Notes: generated from the sequence alone by a model not told the origin. DNA of 44,880 bases from a virus (IMGVR_UViG_3300027644_000024:1-44880); one strand, 5' to 3'. Shown: positions 1 through 9,934, counted from the stretch's first letter. Numbers and translations are program-made.

Positions 1-81
1 TATTCCACTTGATGTTGCAAAGGTTGCTATTCCACTTGATGTTGCAAAGGTTGCTATTCCACTTGATGTTGCAAAGGTTGC
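1..81. repeat. 27-bp perfect tandem repeat x3 (coding ATFATSSGI), may continue beyond window
   Basis: tattccacttgatgttgcaaaggttgc at 1-27, 28-54, 55-81. Confidence 0.95.
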
Positions 82-1422
82 CGATGATGCGTTACCAGTA
101 AGAGCACCTACGAATGTTGTGGCAGTGATAATGCCCACTGTAACTTGTGAACCAGAGTATAGTGGTGGTTGTGCATCAATAGATATTGTGGAAGCAGATC
201 CTGAGGTTGCTATTGCAGTGATAGCTAATCCAACAAAATTAAGTGTATTAACATTGTTAGCTACAAGACTACCCTCTTCTTTAACAGTAATACCAGTAAA
301 GCTTAGTGGAAAATCAATATTGTAAGTAATAATTTCAACCAACTCATTACCAAAACAAGCAGCATTTAAAACAACACTAGTACCATTAGTTGCAGTGAAT
401 TCAGTACTTGCTAATTTTACTCCAGTAATAAAGACATCCAATGGTGTACCAACGGAATATGCTATATTAAAAGTAGTTTGTGCTGCGGTAGATGTAAAGG
501 TTGTAATATTCCTAAGAGAACCACTATCTTTCCAAGTAACTCCAACTCCTGTAGATACTAAAACTTGATTGTTAATTCCTGTAGTATTACCAGCACTTAC
601 ATAACCTTGAAGAGTTACGTTATTAAATGTTGATATTCCAGTAACATTTAAACTTTCAAAGATAACTGCATTAGATTTTGTTATCCCGGTAACTTCTAAA
701 TCACCAAAAACACGTAGTGCAGTCTGTCCTGTGGAAACTGGAGATCGTACATCTAAAAGATATGAAGGAAGTGTTGATCCAATACCAACAGAACCAATTT
801 CGGTGGTTGTAATGACAGTTCCAGAAGTTCCAACAATAAGTGTGGATGTTGTAACAATACCTGTACTAACGTTAGATGCTGTAATATTATTAACAGATAG
901 AGCACCAGTAATTCTTACATCACCCTGAACATAAAGTGCTGTTTGTCCTGTAGAAACTGGTGAATTAACATGAAATAGATATTGAGGAGATTCAGTTCCT
1001 ACACCTATTGAGTTTCCTACTCCAAGAACCGTAAGAACTGTTCCACCTGTTCCGACTCTTAATGTAGTCAGAACTGTAGAAACACCAGTCACAAAAGATT
1101 CGGTGACTCCGATTCCACCAATCACATGAAGTTTATATTGCGGATTTGTTGTTCCGAGACCAACAAAACCAGCATCAGTCGCAATAATAACTGTTCCGGC
1201 AGATCCTACGTGTAATATGCGAGTTGTAGAAACACCAGAAAAAAAAGAATCCGTTGCACCTATTCCACCCTTTACGTGAAGTAAATACTCTGGATTTGTG
1301 GTGCCGATACCAACCTTACCCCCTGGATTGGGGTCGATTGTGTTGGAAACGGCATCGGCAAAAATGAGGTTTGTACCTACCTCAAGACCATTTTTGACTA
1401 CAAAGTTCTTATTGATAGACAT
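1..1422 (-). CDS. Tail fibre-like virion protein, partial (runs off window edge; absent from ORF track)
   Basis: Hand translation from ATG at 1420-1422: MSINKNFVVKNGLEVGTNLIFADA..., repeated VGIGTTNP-x-Y-x-LHV motifs typical of cyanophage fibres; GGTGGAG RBS-like sequence upstream; frame open to position 1. Confidence 0.85.
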   Translation of the reverse strand, partial: MSINKNFVVKNGLEVGTNLIFADAVSNTIDPNPGGKVGIGTTNPEYLLHVKGGIGATDSFFSGVSTTRILHVGSAGTVIIATDAGFVGLGTTNPQYKLHVIGGIGVTESFVTGVSTVLTTLRVGTGGTVLTVLGVGNSIGVGTESPQYLFHVNSPVSTGQTALYVQGDVRITGALSVNNITASNVSTGIVTTSTLIVGTSGTVITTTEIGSVGIGSTLPSYLLDVRSPVSTGQTALRVFGDLEVTGITKSNAVIFESLNVTGISTFNNVTLQGYVSAGNTTGINNQVLVSTGVGVTWKDSGSLRNITTFTSTAAQTTFNIAYSVGTPLDVFITGVKLASTEFTATNGTSVVLNAACFGNELVEIITYNIDFPLSFTGITVKEEGSLVANNVNTLNFVGLAITAIATSGSASTISIDAQPPLYSGSQVTVGIITATTFVGALTGNASSATFATSSGIATFATSSGIATFATSSGI

Positions 1423-1452
1423 TGGGCTTCACTCTCCACCCTTTATTGTGTT

Positions 1453-1782
1453 CTAAGTATTTAGTTCTTCTGTTTTTTTCATAATTTCATCAAACTTTTC
1501 ATTCCAACCATCTTGACTTTCTTTCCATTTATCTTCTGGGCAACTATCTAATGCAAATGAGACCTTGGGAATAACAAAACATCCACATTTTTTACATTTG
1601 GATTGTTCGTTGTTATCATCATACCACTCACAAGATTTACATATTTCTAATCTTTGTGTTTTTATTTCAGTAGAAACCATAAGAGCACCACTTTGCAGAG
1701 CATTCTTAATTAAGTCAAAACTAAACTTTACTAAATTTTGTCCTTGTTTGGATAGAGAAGGATATTGATGTTCTTCAGTCAT
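1453..1782 (-). CDS. Small Cys-rich protein (DUF6171-like)
   Basis: RLEICKSC...CKKCGC...CPEDKW motif; late-promoter-like box upstream. Confidence 0.7.
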   Translation of the reverse strand: MTEEHQYPSLSKQGQNLVKFSFDLIKNALQSGALMVSTEIKTQRLEICKSCEWYDDNNEQSKCKKCGCFVIPKVSFALDSCPEDKWKESQDGWNEKFDEIMKKTEELNT

Positions 1783-1802
1783 AATAATATTATATTTCGT
1801 TA

Positions 1803-1809
1803 TATTTAT
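1803..1809 (-). promoter_or_regulatory. T4-type late promoter-like box ATAAATA
   Basis: tatttat on + strand, 20 nt upstream of ORF start 1782. Confidence 0.55.
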
Positions 1810-1814
1810 GACAA

Positions 1815-4046
1815 TTAAACTAATCTAATTATAATCTTAGAGAACCCAGTGCTTCCACCTAATTGAGTACTTACCACAGTCACAGAACCATCAGTATATC
1901 CACTTCCTCCACCACCACCACAACTATCTGTTCCACCACTACCCCCAGTTGCGCCAGCACCCCCATTACCACCTGCTGCTAGAGCAGGAGGATATGTATA
2001 ATAGGAACAGTCATAGTCTTCATCGTATGAATCATCATAGTCTTCATCATATGAACAATCATATGGTTGGTCATATGAACTATCATAAGTTTCTGTATAT
2101 GAGGTATCATAAGTTTCATCGTATGAACTATCATAAGGAAATCCACCAAGATAATATGGTGTTGGATATGTGTAATATGAACTATCATATGCATCCCCAC
2201 CAGTGGTATATGGTGCAGGATAAATGTAATATGAACTATCATATGATTCTTGTACATATTCTGGGCAGTAAATATTTTGATAAAAACATGCAGCTACGTT
2301 TCCAGTAGCACATTGAAACGCCCACACTCCACATGCACCAGCATATACTTCAACTGTACGTGTACTGGTTTGTTGAACATATATTGGGTCTGGAGTTACA
2401 GTTACCACTGGTGTATAAGAAGTCTGTTGAAAATATACTGGAGGTGGGGTATAGAGATATCTCTCGGTATATGAAGTCTGTTGAACTCTGCGTGTACTGG
2501 TTCGTGGAACTACTCGTGTACTGGTTTGTGGAACTCTTGTGTAGCAAGTGCTTGAAACTCTACGTGTACTGGTTCGTGAAACTCTACGAGTGCAAGTTCT
2601 TGGGTTGTATACTGCGTCAGGGTTTTTTCCATTCTCTCCTTGTCCAGAAGTCTGCCGAATATCATAACCAGATTTAAATCCTCTGGTGATGGATGCAGAA
2701 TTTGTAACTACAATTCCATTTGCAAGAATTATTTTGCTTGTTCCAACATCTGAACAAGGTGATTTACCTTGAGATATCCAATAATTTCCTTTAGGACAAG
2801 GAAGTACTCTTCCTCCAGATTGTCCTGTTGCTTTTGTATCTGAACTGATTGGTGTACTTGAGGATGATGACCCAAAAATACCATTAGATGGTAGTGTTCC
2901 TGGTGCAATTAGTGCCCCACCAGAACCACCACCTCTACCACTTCCAGATGTACCAGCAACGTTAACTCCACCACCTGCTCCACCAGTACCATTAGATGAT
3001 GCATCTCCACCCTTTCCACAAACTGCAATTAAAGTTCCTTTGCGATAAATGAATGGGCAATTATTGAATGATTCTAATCCAGCAATAGTGTACTCTTCAT
3101 TTCTATTCATAGTAAATCTAATTCTGGAATAACCTCCCTGAGCACCACCAATACCACTACCAGAATAAATATCCATTTCAACATTTATATTTGTTTCTGG
3201 GACATATAAAGATATTAAATTTGTTGAACTTATTTGATTTTGTCCCAATAAAGTTAGTTCTCCATCTAATAAATCATGAGAACTTAAAGTTGCAGTCGAT
3301 GATGTTGTATCGTATAGTTCAATGTTTATTAATCTTCTTGGTGAAACAAATTCAATATTAACATTATCAGAAAATATTGGAGTGTTTGATGCAAAAAGGT
3401 TTGAGATTTTTACTTGTAATGTATATGTTCCTATTGGACGTGATATCGTAAGATTTGGTGTGGTAGATCCACTTACTGTTGAATCGTCTGTAAGATTGAC
3501 ACCATTTAACGACCATTGATATAAAAAAGTTCCTTGAGAAGGATCTGTAGATGATGCAACAACATTAATAGTAGCATTTGTATTCTCTACAGCAGATGAT
3601 CCTATTGGTTGAGTTGCAATACTTATTTGTGGTCGTACTAATACTAGTGCGGTGCTTGAATTAATTGGTTCATTAATTGCATTTCCAGTCGAACGTGCCG
3701 TGCCTGCAGTGATTGGTGATGATGATTGATATGCAGATGGAACATAATCTGCTATTACATATACTTGACGTTTATGGTCAGTTGGACTAATTAAATTTGA
3801 TAATGTTAGAGTAGATGTTGCTGCTCCTGTAACATATGTTCCATTAGAGATTGTTCCATTTTGATCGTACCACTGATATGATATATTTCCAGTTGCTGTT
3901 GCAGAATTTGCAGGTATTTGTGTTGGAAATATTGCTGTTGCAATTCCAACAAATGTTGCTATTCCTGCATTATTAACTAAAACATTTTGAGGATTTGTAG
4001 TAAATGAAATAAATGGTCCATTTAGGTCTAAAGTCGTTTGTTTCAT
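1815..4046 (-). CDS. Virion protein with two N-terminal Ig-like domains and a C-terminal Gly-rich domain carrying a mirror-repeat insert
   Basis: Ig-like motifs SYQWY...GAATSTLTLSNL and QP...LYQW...GSTTPNLTI; GGxGG-rich C-terminus ending GGGGGSGY...KIIIRLV. Confidence 0.8.
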   Translation of the reverse strand: MKQTTLDLNGPFISFTTNPQNVLVNNAGIATFVGIATAIFPTQIPANSATATGNISYQWYDQNGTISNGTYVTGAATSTLTLSNLISPTDHKRQVYVIADYVPSAYQSSSPITAGTARSTGNAINEPINSSTALVLVRPQISIATQPIGSSAVENTNATINVVASSTDPSQGTFLYQWSLNGVNLTDDSTVSGSTTPNLTISRPIGTYTLQVKISNLFASNTPIFSDNVNIEFVSPRRLINIELYDTTSSTATLSSHDLLDGELTLLGQNQISSTNLISLYVPETNINVEMDIYSGSGIGGAQGGYSRIRFTMNRNEEYTIAGLESFNNCPFIYRKGTLIAVCGKGGDASSNGTGGAGGGVNVAGTSGSGRGGGSGGALIAPGTLPSNGIFGSSSSSTPISSDTKATGQSGGRVLPCPKGNYWISQGKSPCSDVGTSKIILANGIVVTNSASITRGFKSGYDIRQTSGQGENGKNPDAVYNPRTCTRRVSRTSTRRVSSTCYTRVPQTSTRVVPRTSTRRVQQTSYTERYLYTPPPVYFQQTSYTPVVTVTPDPIYVQQTSTRTVEVYAGACGVWAFQCATGNVAACFYQNIYCPEYVQESYDSSYYIYPAPYTTGGDAYDSSYYTYPTPYYLGGFPYDSSYDETYDTSYTETYDSSYDQPYDCSYDEDYDDSYDEDYDCSYYTYPPALAAGGNGGAGATGGSGGTDSCGGGGGSGYTDGSVTVVSTQLGGSTGFSKIIIRLV
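1992..2600 (-). repeat. Mirror-arranged 24-nt/54-nt coding repeats (xTS/xTC arm and YDxS arm)
   Basis: 8 xT[SC] motifs spaced 8,8,8,8,8,18,18 aa followed by 8 YDxS motifs spaced 18,18,8,8,8,8,8 aa. Confidence 0.9.
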
Positions 4047-4057
4047 TTTACTTTAGT

Positions 4058-7000
4058 TTAGTTTAGAAAGTTTTGACCGACAACCACTCCATAAAGTCCT
4101 ACACTGGTAATATTTCTACCATCAAAAATTTTAAAGGTGTAAATATCAGAACGATTTGCTGTTGGAGTTACAATCGGAAGAACACCACCACCGGGCCAAT
4201 AAACAGGAATTGCAACACTAACAGAATTCCTAAATGTATCAATACCAACAGTACGACCTCCTATAGAATCTTGATCTATTTTAATCGTAAATTCAGTAGA
4301 TGCAGAAGGAGGGTTGAGTAGATTAAACTGAGTAATGTCACTTGTTGCAGTGCAAATAAATGACTGTGCCTTGGAAAGGTCTATGGTTACCTGATTTGAA
4401 ACAACTAATAAGTACTCTATATTTTCACTGTAGGTTTTAAATCTTGTATGTCCTTCAATATCCAAATGTGCTCTTGGTACTGTGGTTCCAATACCAACTG
4501 AACCAATACCAGTTACTGCAAAGATATGTCCATTTGTAGGAACACCTAAAGTACTTGCAGTTCCAATTTGTAATGGTGTAATTGGATTTGTGGTTCCAAT
4601 ACCAATTGATGATGCTCTAATAACACCAGATGAGATGTTATTAATTTCATATGCACTTCTTGTTGTAAGAGCACCTCCAACAAACACACGACCCGTAGTT
4701 ACAAATCCAATAAATGTAGAGGTACCATTTACGTGAAGTGATGTTGATGAGGTTCCAATTGCACCTAGTTCTAAATTAAATCTTGGAACAGAAGTACCAA
4801 TACCAACATTATTAAGTGCAGTATTATAAATGCCTCCAGATATTTGAGTCCATCCAAGTGCAGCAGCATTTAAATTTATAAGAGAACTACCATCACCAGA
4901 GAAATAAGATGCAGTAATTGTTCCACCAATATTTGTATTTCCATTTACATTCAGTTTAAATTGATTTGCAGTGGTTCCAATACCAACTCCACCATTACCA
5001 TCTACAGAAAATTGACTTGTTCCAGAACCTACCAGAAGTTTAGAGTTTCCTGGAGATGTGGTTGCAATTCCTACTTGATCAAAAACATAAACATTTGCAG
5101 TTTTAGAAATGCTAATGTTTCCAAAACGATACCAATCATTATTTTTTGTATAAACCCAACCAAGATACCCACCCCCTGCTGGGGTATCAAAATACTCAAC
5201 ATCACCAGGGTTGCCTGAAAGTATTGGTTCAGTAGTAGTTACAGTATACTTTCTTGAGACTTTTGTATTGCCTTGTAAGAAGATTGAGTTTGTTTCAATA
5301 TCCGAATTTAAAGTAACTTTTTCAGAGAAGATTACTGGACCATTAAACTCAGAGATTGCTGTACTATCGGGACCACCTTCTACACGAATCGAACGACTAA
5401 AATTGCCCTCAACCGCATTAGTTAAATTAAATCCTGGAATATTTCCAGTATCTTCACCAGTTACTGTTTGTATGGGAGTATCAAAGATTTCTTCTTGACC
5501 AGTAACGCTGCTTAATCTCTTATTACCGGCATATGCAGTGCCCTTATCATTCATACCAGTATAGAAGTTAATACCTCCATCTTTTCTAGTTGATTGTGCA
5601 AGTAGTTCTTCTACTAAAGAAATAGAACGATCATGCTTATCGGGGAATGCAGTTGAGTAGTTGCCCGGACCAAATCCAACATACTCAAAGGTGTGCCCAG
5701 AAGCTCTCATAATAGAGTGTCTTCTGAGTTCTACTGAATCAATACGGATTTTTCTTGCAACACTATTAAATGCATGAAAAACTGCACGAGTTCCCAATAC
5801 ACCCCGGAACACATTGATTGGGTTTGTGGGGGGGTTTGAAACAGTTGTTTTGACTCTTACAATCTCATCATCAATCATCAGATAATCACCAATATTAACA
5901 TCAAGATCCTGAACGTTATTAAGATAAATTTCATCAGTCAGTGCATTGGATATAATTGTAGAGAGTGTTGTAGTAATACCTGCATATGTTGGAATCATTC
6001 TTCCATTTAGATTCTCATTCTCACGAGTAATCACTCCATTATTAGAACTCAGACCTTCACGATATGCAAAGAGAGTTCCTGTTGGAGACGAAGCAATTGT
6101 AGAGACTCCAATATTTACAATAAATGTAGTTAATCCCACATTTTCAGTAACAATAAAACTTCCATTATAAAGGGATTCGTTTGCACCAGTAATACGAATC
6201 TTTGTATCTACTTTTAATCCATGACGATTAGTAGTTGTTATAGTTGCAAGACCAACTGTATTATTATAAGTAAGTGAACTAATACCAAGTGATTCACCAG
6301 TTAGAACGGTGATTGCATCAGAAGTAAGAGTTTCTCCAACTGTAGTAGAGAATCCTGATACAGCAGAAGCAGATACTGCGGTGAAGCTCTTTGCAAGACC
6401 AACAGGGACACTAGTAATACGATAGAGATTATTATAATCCTGACATGAAGTAGAAGTTACTCCTGAAATTTGAACTACATCACCAACATTATTATAGATT
6501 TTCGATACTGTAAGAACTGCTTGAGTAAATGGAGCAAAGGTTGAGATACCAGATACAGTTAGTGTATTACCAATTCCATAGGCACTACCACCATCCATTA
6601 TCTTTACATCAGTGATAGTTCCAGAGGCATCAACAGTAATCTTTGCCGTTGCATGACTACCAACAGTAGAAGCACCAAATCCCACAAGACTTGTATTATA
6701 AAAATTTGTTGCAGTACTAGTGCCTATACCCAATCCACCATTGGTGATAGTAACTCTTGTGATACGATTCAGTCCGTGGTCTATTGTTGTATGAATGTCG
6801 TGTGAAGTGGATGATGTAGACCGAATATCAGTGAGTCCAACACCAATCTGACTATCATTAAATACTTTGTGAATTGTTTCTTTGGTTAAACTCTTACGAA
6901 CATTATTAACTACAACTTCTCCGATGAGTGAAGAAGACGCAAAAGATTGTGCTTTTTCTGGGTCTGCTTCTGGATTATCACGGTTGATTTGAGGGAAAAG

Positions 7001-9934
7001 TTCTTTGACTGATTGTGAAAACTTTTCTGCTGTAAATGGAGCAATACTTGGAGAGTTTGATGCATTCGTGAGAGTTAAGTAATAAACTCCATCTTGTTCT
7101 CCATTAATATATTTTTGTACTTCTTGACTTCTAAAAATAACATAAGTATTATTAAACTTCTTTCTTTTAAAGTATGGAAGTGCTGTTGTTCTTAAAGTCG
7201 TATCATTCGTAAATGTACCAGGATCGGTAGTTCTTGCATAAGTAAAAGTCTTAGAATTAGGAATAGCAATAACATTATAAGTTCCATTAAATCCAGTAAA
7301 TGTTGTTGCAGTTCCAGTGGTATTATTGGTGCTCTTAACTTGTAGAATCTCAACTTGAGATCCAATTGAAAGATTATGAGTAAGTTCTGTTGTAATTGTT
7401 GCAACATTAGAACTCCAATTTGCATTTGCAATAAACTTAAAGTTTCTTTGTTGAGTTACATTTGCAATTGACCCACTTCCAAAATAAGTTTGTATTTCAG
7501 TATCAGTAGGTCCAATAGATGTATTAGATTCCTGAATAATAAATCCATCACTTGGTGGCTTAGCAATCGAACCATCTTTAGGAAGAACATAACGAACACG
7601 ATAGATTGTATCAATTACATTACGATTATCTACAAGACGACTAATATAAGTTCTCGGAGTCGCAGCACCTAAAGAAGTGGTTCCGAGACCTACAATAGTT
7701 GAGTAGATTGTATTTTCAGTAGATGCTGTTGCAACATTAATATACCATTTACTTTGTGTAGTATCAAACTGAATTGGATGTCCGACTTCTCCGGGATTTT
7801 TATCTGATACACGGCTTACAATACTTAATATTCCACCTTTATTATTAACAGTTAATGCAGATGCATTAATTGCATCATTTTGTCTTTGTGCAATTTTAAC
7901 CTGATTTGTTCCAACTCCTGCAGTAATTGCATAATAAACATTATTAGGAATTAATCCGTCTGGAAGTTGTCCAGTATCACTTAAAACACGAATACTCTCA
8001 CCTGATTCAAAGGTATGTGGAGCAGTTAAAGTAAAGGTATTCGAGGTAATACTATTAATTCCTCCAACAGATCTATTAACTGTGAAAATCTTTTCAGAAC
8101 TGGTCTGCGAATTCGGCATTACAATTCTTGCACTATAAGAAGATGCTGTTCCACCAACTGATATAAATGCATTCAGAGTATCATTCTTTTTTGCACCAAC
8201 ACGATAACCTTCCAGAACATTTTGAGGGGGAACGTCAGGATTGGTTTGGGAATAAAGATAAAGATGTCCCGTGGATGCAACACCGACAACAGTTGTACTT
8301 ACGTCAATTGCATTAAACTCAATTGTTTTTTCAGTTTTTGAGAATTCTTTTGGTGGAATAGTGTGTGTAATGTACCCCCTATCGTCTTGTGGGAATGCAT
8401 TTTTTCTAAATCCTTCTGCAACCAGTGCTTTTGCACCAAAGTTAGAGTTAGAGTTAGTGATGGACATATCTCCACCACTTTCAACAATAAATTGATCTGC
8501 ATAACCAATCGCAAATACTGATACTGCTTGAATGAATGAGTCATTAATGACTTTAAGGTGAAAGTTGCGATACGTTGGCTTAAAGATTGCTCTTGAATTA
8601 TTGCTTAAAGTTTCATTCCCGGTAACAGTGCTATCTTGATAAATTCCAGAGGTTTTATCATAAATTACAAATGCATTATCATCTTTTTGCAGACCAATTC
8701 CGGTGAACTGTGCAACAACCATTGACTTAAATCCAGTTGCCTTGCTTCCATCTGCAAGTAATCCACACATACCAAAAACAGAACGCAGAGATATGTTAAA
8801 GATGTATGGTGATGCAGAAGTAACGGTATCTGACTGAAGTGTTAAGACAGCATTTGGAACTGTAGGAAGTGGGTTTACTGGTGCATTTTGTACTTGATAT
8901 GCAATTTGAGTATCACTTAATTTTTCAGTTACAACAAACTGACCATTATATCCAGGTGCAGTAACGCCACTAATTCTAAATGGAGTATCAACATCTAAAC
9001 CAGGAACCGCAGATGTAGTTGTAACTGTAATAATTTTTGTAGAAACAGCACCATCTCCAGCACGAATACTTGTAATTCCTGAAACTTCTCCTGTAGATCC
9101 TACAATTCGGAACTCATCAATTTTTGGTTGAATATCAAGACTAGAACTTGGATAATCAGGTGAAATTTGACGACCTGATGATTGTCCATATGCAAGACCA
9201 ACCTTCTCATAATACATCTCAAGATCTGTACGATCTGTAGAGTAAGTTTGGAAAGTATCAGCAATACGTACATCATTTACACCATCAGCATACTCAAAAC
9301 AAGTAAGTTTATGATGTGAGAAGTTAGGAACAAATTGATTGTTTGTATAATCAACAAAGCAGGTTCCATTTGGATCTGCATCAAAAAGTGAGAACTGCCA
9401 AATATAACACCCACCAGTGACTCTAAAGATACAAGATCTTTCAATATTATCATTATCTGGTTTTGGTACATATAAAGGTCTTATTTTTGTCTTTCTTAAA
9501 TCAAGACCAACAATAGAAGTACCACGAGGAATAATAACTCCACCGTGAATACTATTCAGTTTATAAAGTTGATTATTCGGATCTAGTAAATCAAAACTTG
9601 TAGTTAAATCAAATGGAGCATAGTCATTACTTGTTACTCCACTACGAAGTCTATAATTATTTGCACCGTCCGGAATCCAACCAGGACGATTATCAATAAT
9701 GTGCTCTCCAGGATATAGAAGAATTGTTGTTTTTCCAAATCTGTCGTTATTTAATCCTTGCTGATAAGAAAATCTTGCTGATTCTATAAGAGCACGTTGA
9801 ATTGTCCTGAAAGGACGTGTTAATGAACTTCCTACGTTCTGAACAGAGTCCGTTGCATCAAGACTGTTAGGATCTACATAAATGATGTTTCCACGAATTG
9901 ATTTAAGAAAATTATCAAGACGACTTAATCCCAT
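4058..9934 (-). CDS. Large conserved cyanophage virion structural/tail-fibre-associated protein
   Basis: N-terminus MGLSRLDNFLKS...PFRTIQRALIE recognised from cyanomyoviruses; Thr/Gly-rich beta domains, GIGTTxP repeats, fibre-type C-terminal domain (YWPGG...DIYTF). Confidence 0.8.
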   Translation of the reverse strand: MGLSRLDNFLKSIRGNIIYVDPNSLDATDSVQNVGSSLTRPFRTIQRALIESARFSYQQGLNNDRFGKTTILLYPGEHIIDNRPGWIPDGANNYRLRSGVTSNDYAPFDLTTSFDLLDPNNQLYKLNSIHGGVIIPRGTSIVGLDLRKTKIRPLYVPKPDNDNIERSCIFRVTGGCYIWQFSLFDADPNGTCFVDYTNNQFVPNFSHHKLTCFEYADGVNDVRIADTFQTYSTDRTDLEMYYEKVGLAYGQSSGRQISPDYPSSSLDIQPKIDEFRIVGSTGEVSGITSIRAGDGAVSTKIITVTTTSAVPGLDVDTPFRISGVTAPGYNGQFVVTEKLSDTQIAYQVQNAPVNPLPTVPNAVLTLQSDTVTSASPYIFNISLRSVFGMCGLLADGSKATGFKSMVVAQFTGIGLQKDDNAFVIYDKTSGIYQDSTVTGNETLSNNSRAIFKPTYRNFHLKVINDSFIQAVSVFAIGYADQFIVESGGDMSITNSNSNFGAKALVAEGFRKNAFPQDDRGYITHTIPPKEFSKTEKTIEFNAIDVSTTVVGVASTGHLYLYSQTNPDVPPQNVLEGYRVGAKKNDTLNAFISVGGTASSYSARIVMPNSQTSSEKIFTVNRSVGGINSITSNTFTLTAPHTFESGESIRVLSDTGQLPDGLIPNNVYYAITAGVGTNQVKIAQRQNDAINASALTVNNKGGILSIVSRVSDKNPGEVGHPIQFDTTQSKWYINVATASTENTIYSTIVGLGTTSLGAATPRTYISRLVDNRNVIDTIYRVRYVLPKDGSIAKPPSDGFIIQESNTSIGPTDTEIQTYFGSGSIANVTQQRNFKFIANANWSSNVATITTELTHNLSIGSQVEILQVKSTNNTTGTATTFTGFNGTYNVIAIPNSKTFTYARTTDPGTFTNDTTLRTTALPYFKRKKFNNTYVIFRSQEVQKYINGEQDGVYYLTLTNASNSPSIAPFTAEKFSQSVKELFPQINRDNPEADPEKAQSFASSSLIGEVVVNNVRKSLTKETIHKVFNDSQIGVGLTDIRSTSSTSHDIHTTIDHGLNRITRVTITNGGLGIGTSTATNFYNTSLVGFGASTVGSHATAKITVDASGTITDVKIMDGGSAYGIGNTLTVSGISTFAPFTQAVLTVSKIYNNVGDVVQISGVTSTSCQDYNNLYRITSVPVGLAKSFTAVSASAVSGFSTTVGETLTSDAITVLTGESLGISSLTYNNTVGLATITTTNRHGLKVDTKIRITGANESLYNGSFIVTENVGLTTFIVNIGVSTIASSPTGTLFAYREGLSSNNGVITRENENLNGRMIPTYAGITTTLSTIISNALTDEIYLNNVQDLDVNIGDYLMIDDEIVRVKTTVSNPPTNPINVFRGVLGTRAVFHAFNSVARKIRIDSVELRRHSIMRASGHTFEYVGFGPGNYSTAFPDKHDRSISLVEELLAQSTRKDGGINFYTGMNDKGTAYAGNKRLSSVTGQEEIFDTPIQTVTGEDTGNIPGFNLTNAVEGNFSRSIRVEGGPDSTAISEFNGPVIFSEKVTLNSDIETNSIFLQGNTKVSRKYTVTTTEPILSGNPGDVEYFDTPAGGGYLGWVYTKNNDWYRFGNISISKTANVYVFDQVGIATTSPGNSKLLVGSGTSQFSVDGNGGVGIGTTANQFKLNVNGNTNIGGTITASYFSGDGSSLINLNAAALGWTQISGGIYNTALNNVGIGTSVPRFNLELGAIGTSSTSLHVNGTSTFIGFVTTGRVFVGGALTTRSAYEINNISSGVIRASSIGIGTTNPITPLQIGTASTLGVPTNGHIFAVTGIGSVGIGTTVPRAHLDIEGHTRFKTYSENIEYLLVVSNQVTIDLSKAQSFICTATSDITQFNLLNPPSASTEFTIKIDQDSIGGRTVGIDTFRNSVSVAIPVYWPGGGVLPIVTPTANRSDIYTFKIFDGRNITSVGLYGVVVGQNFLN

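Noticed and set aside
1-81. 27-bp repeats as a CRISPR array
   Set aside because: Repeats are contiguous with no spacers and are in-frame within a fibre gene; no cas genes
1992-2600. DNA-level inverted repeat or diversity-generating retroelement VR/TR pair
   Set aside because: Arms are not reverse complements (the symmetry is at protein level); no reverse transcriptase or adenine-specific variant copy seen in the window
1949-2677. His/Met-rich alternative ORFs (1949-2308, 1979-2257, 2333-2677 and others)
   Set aside because: Shadow frames of the Tyr/Asp and Arg/Thr repeats of the 743-aa gene
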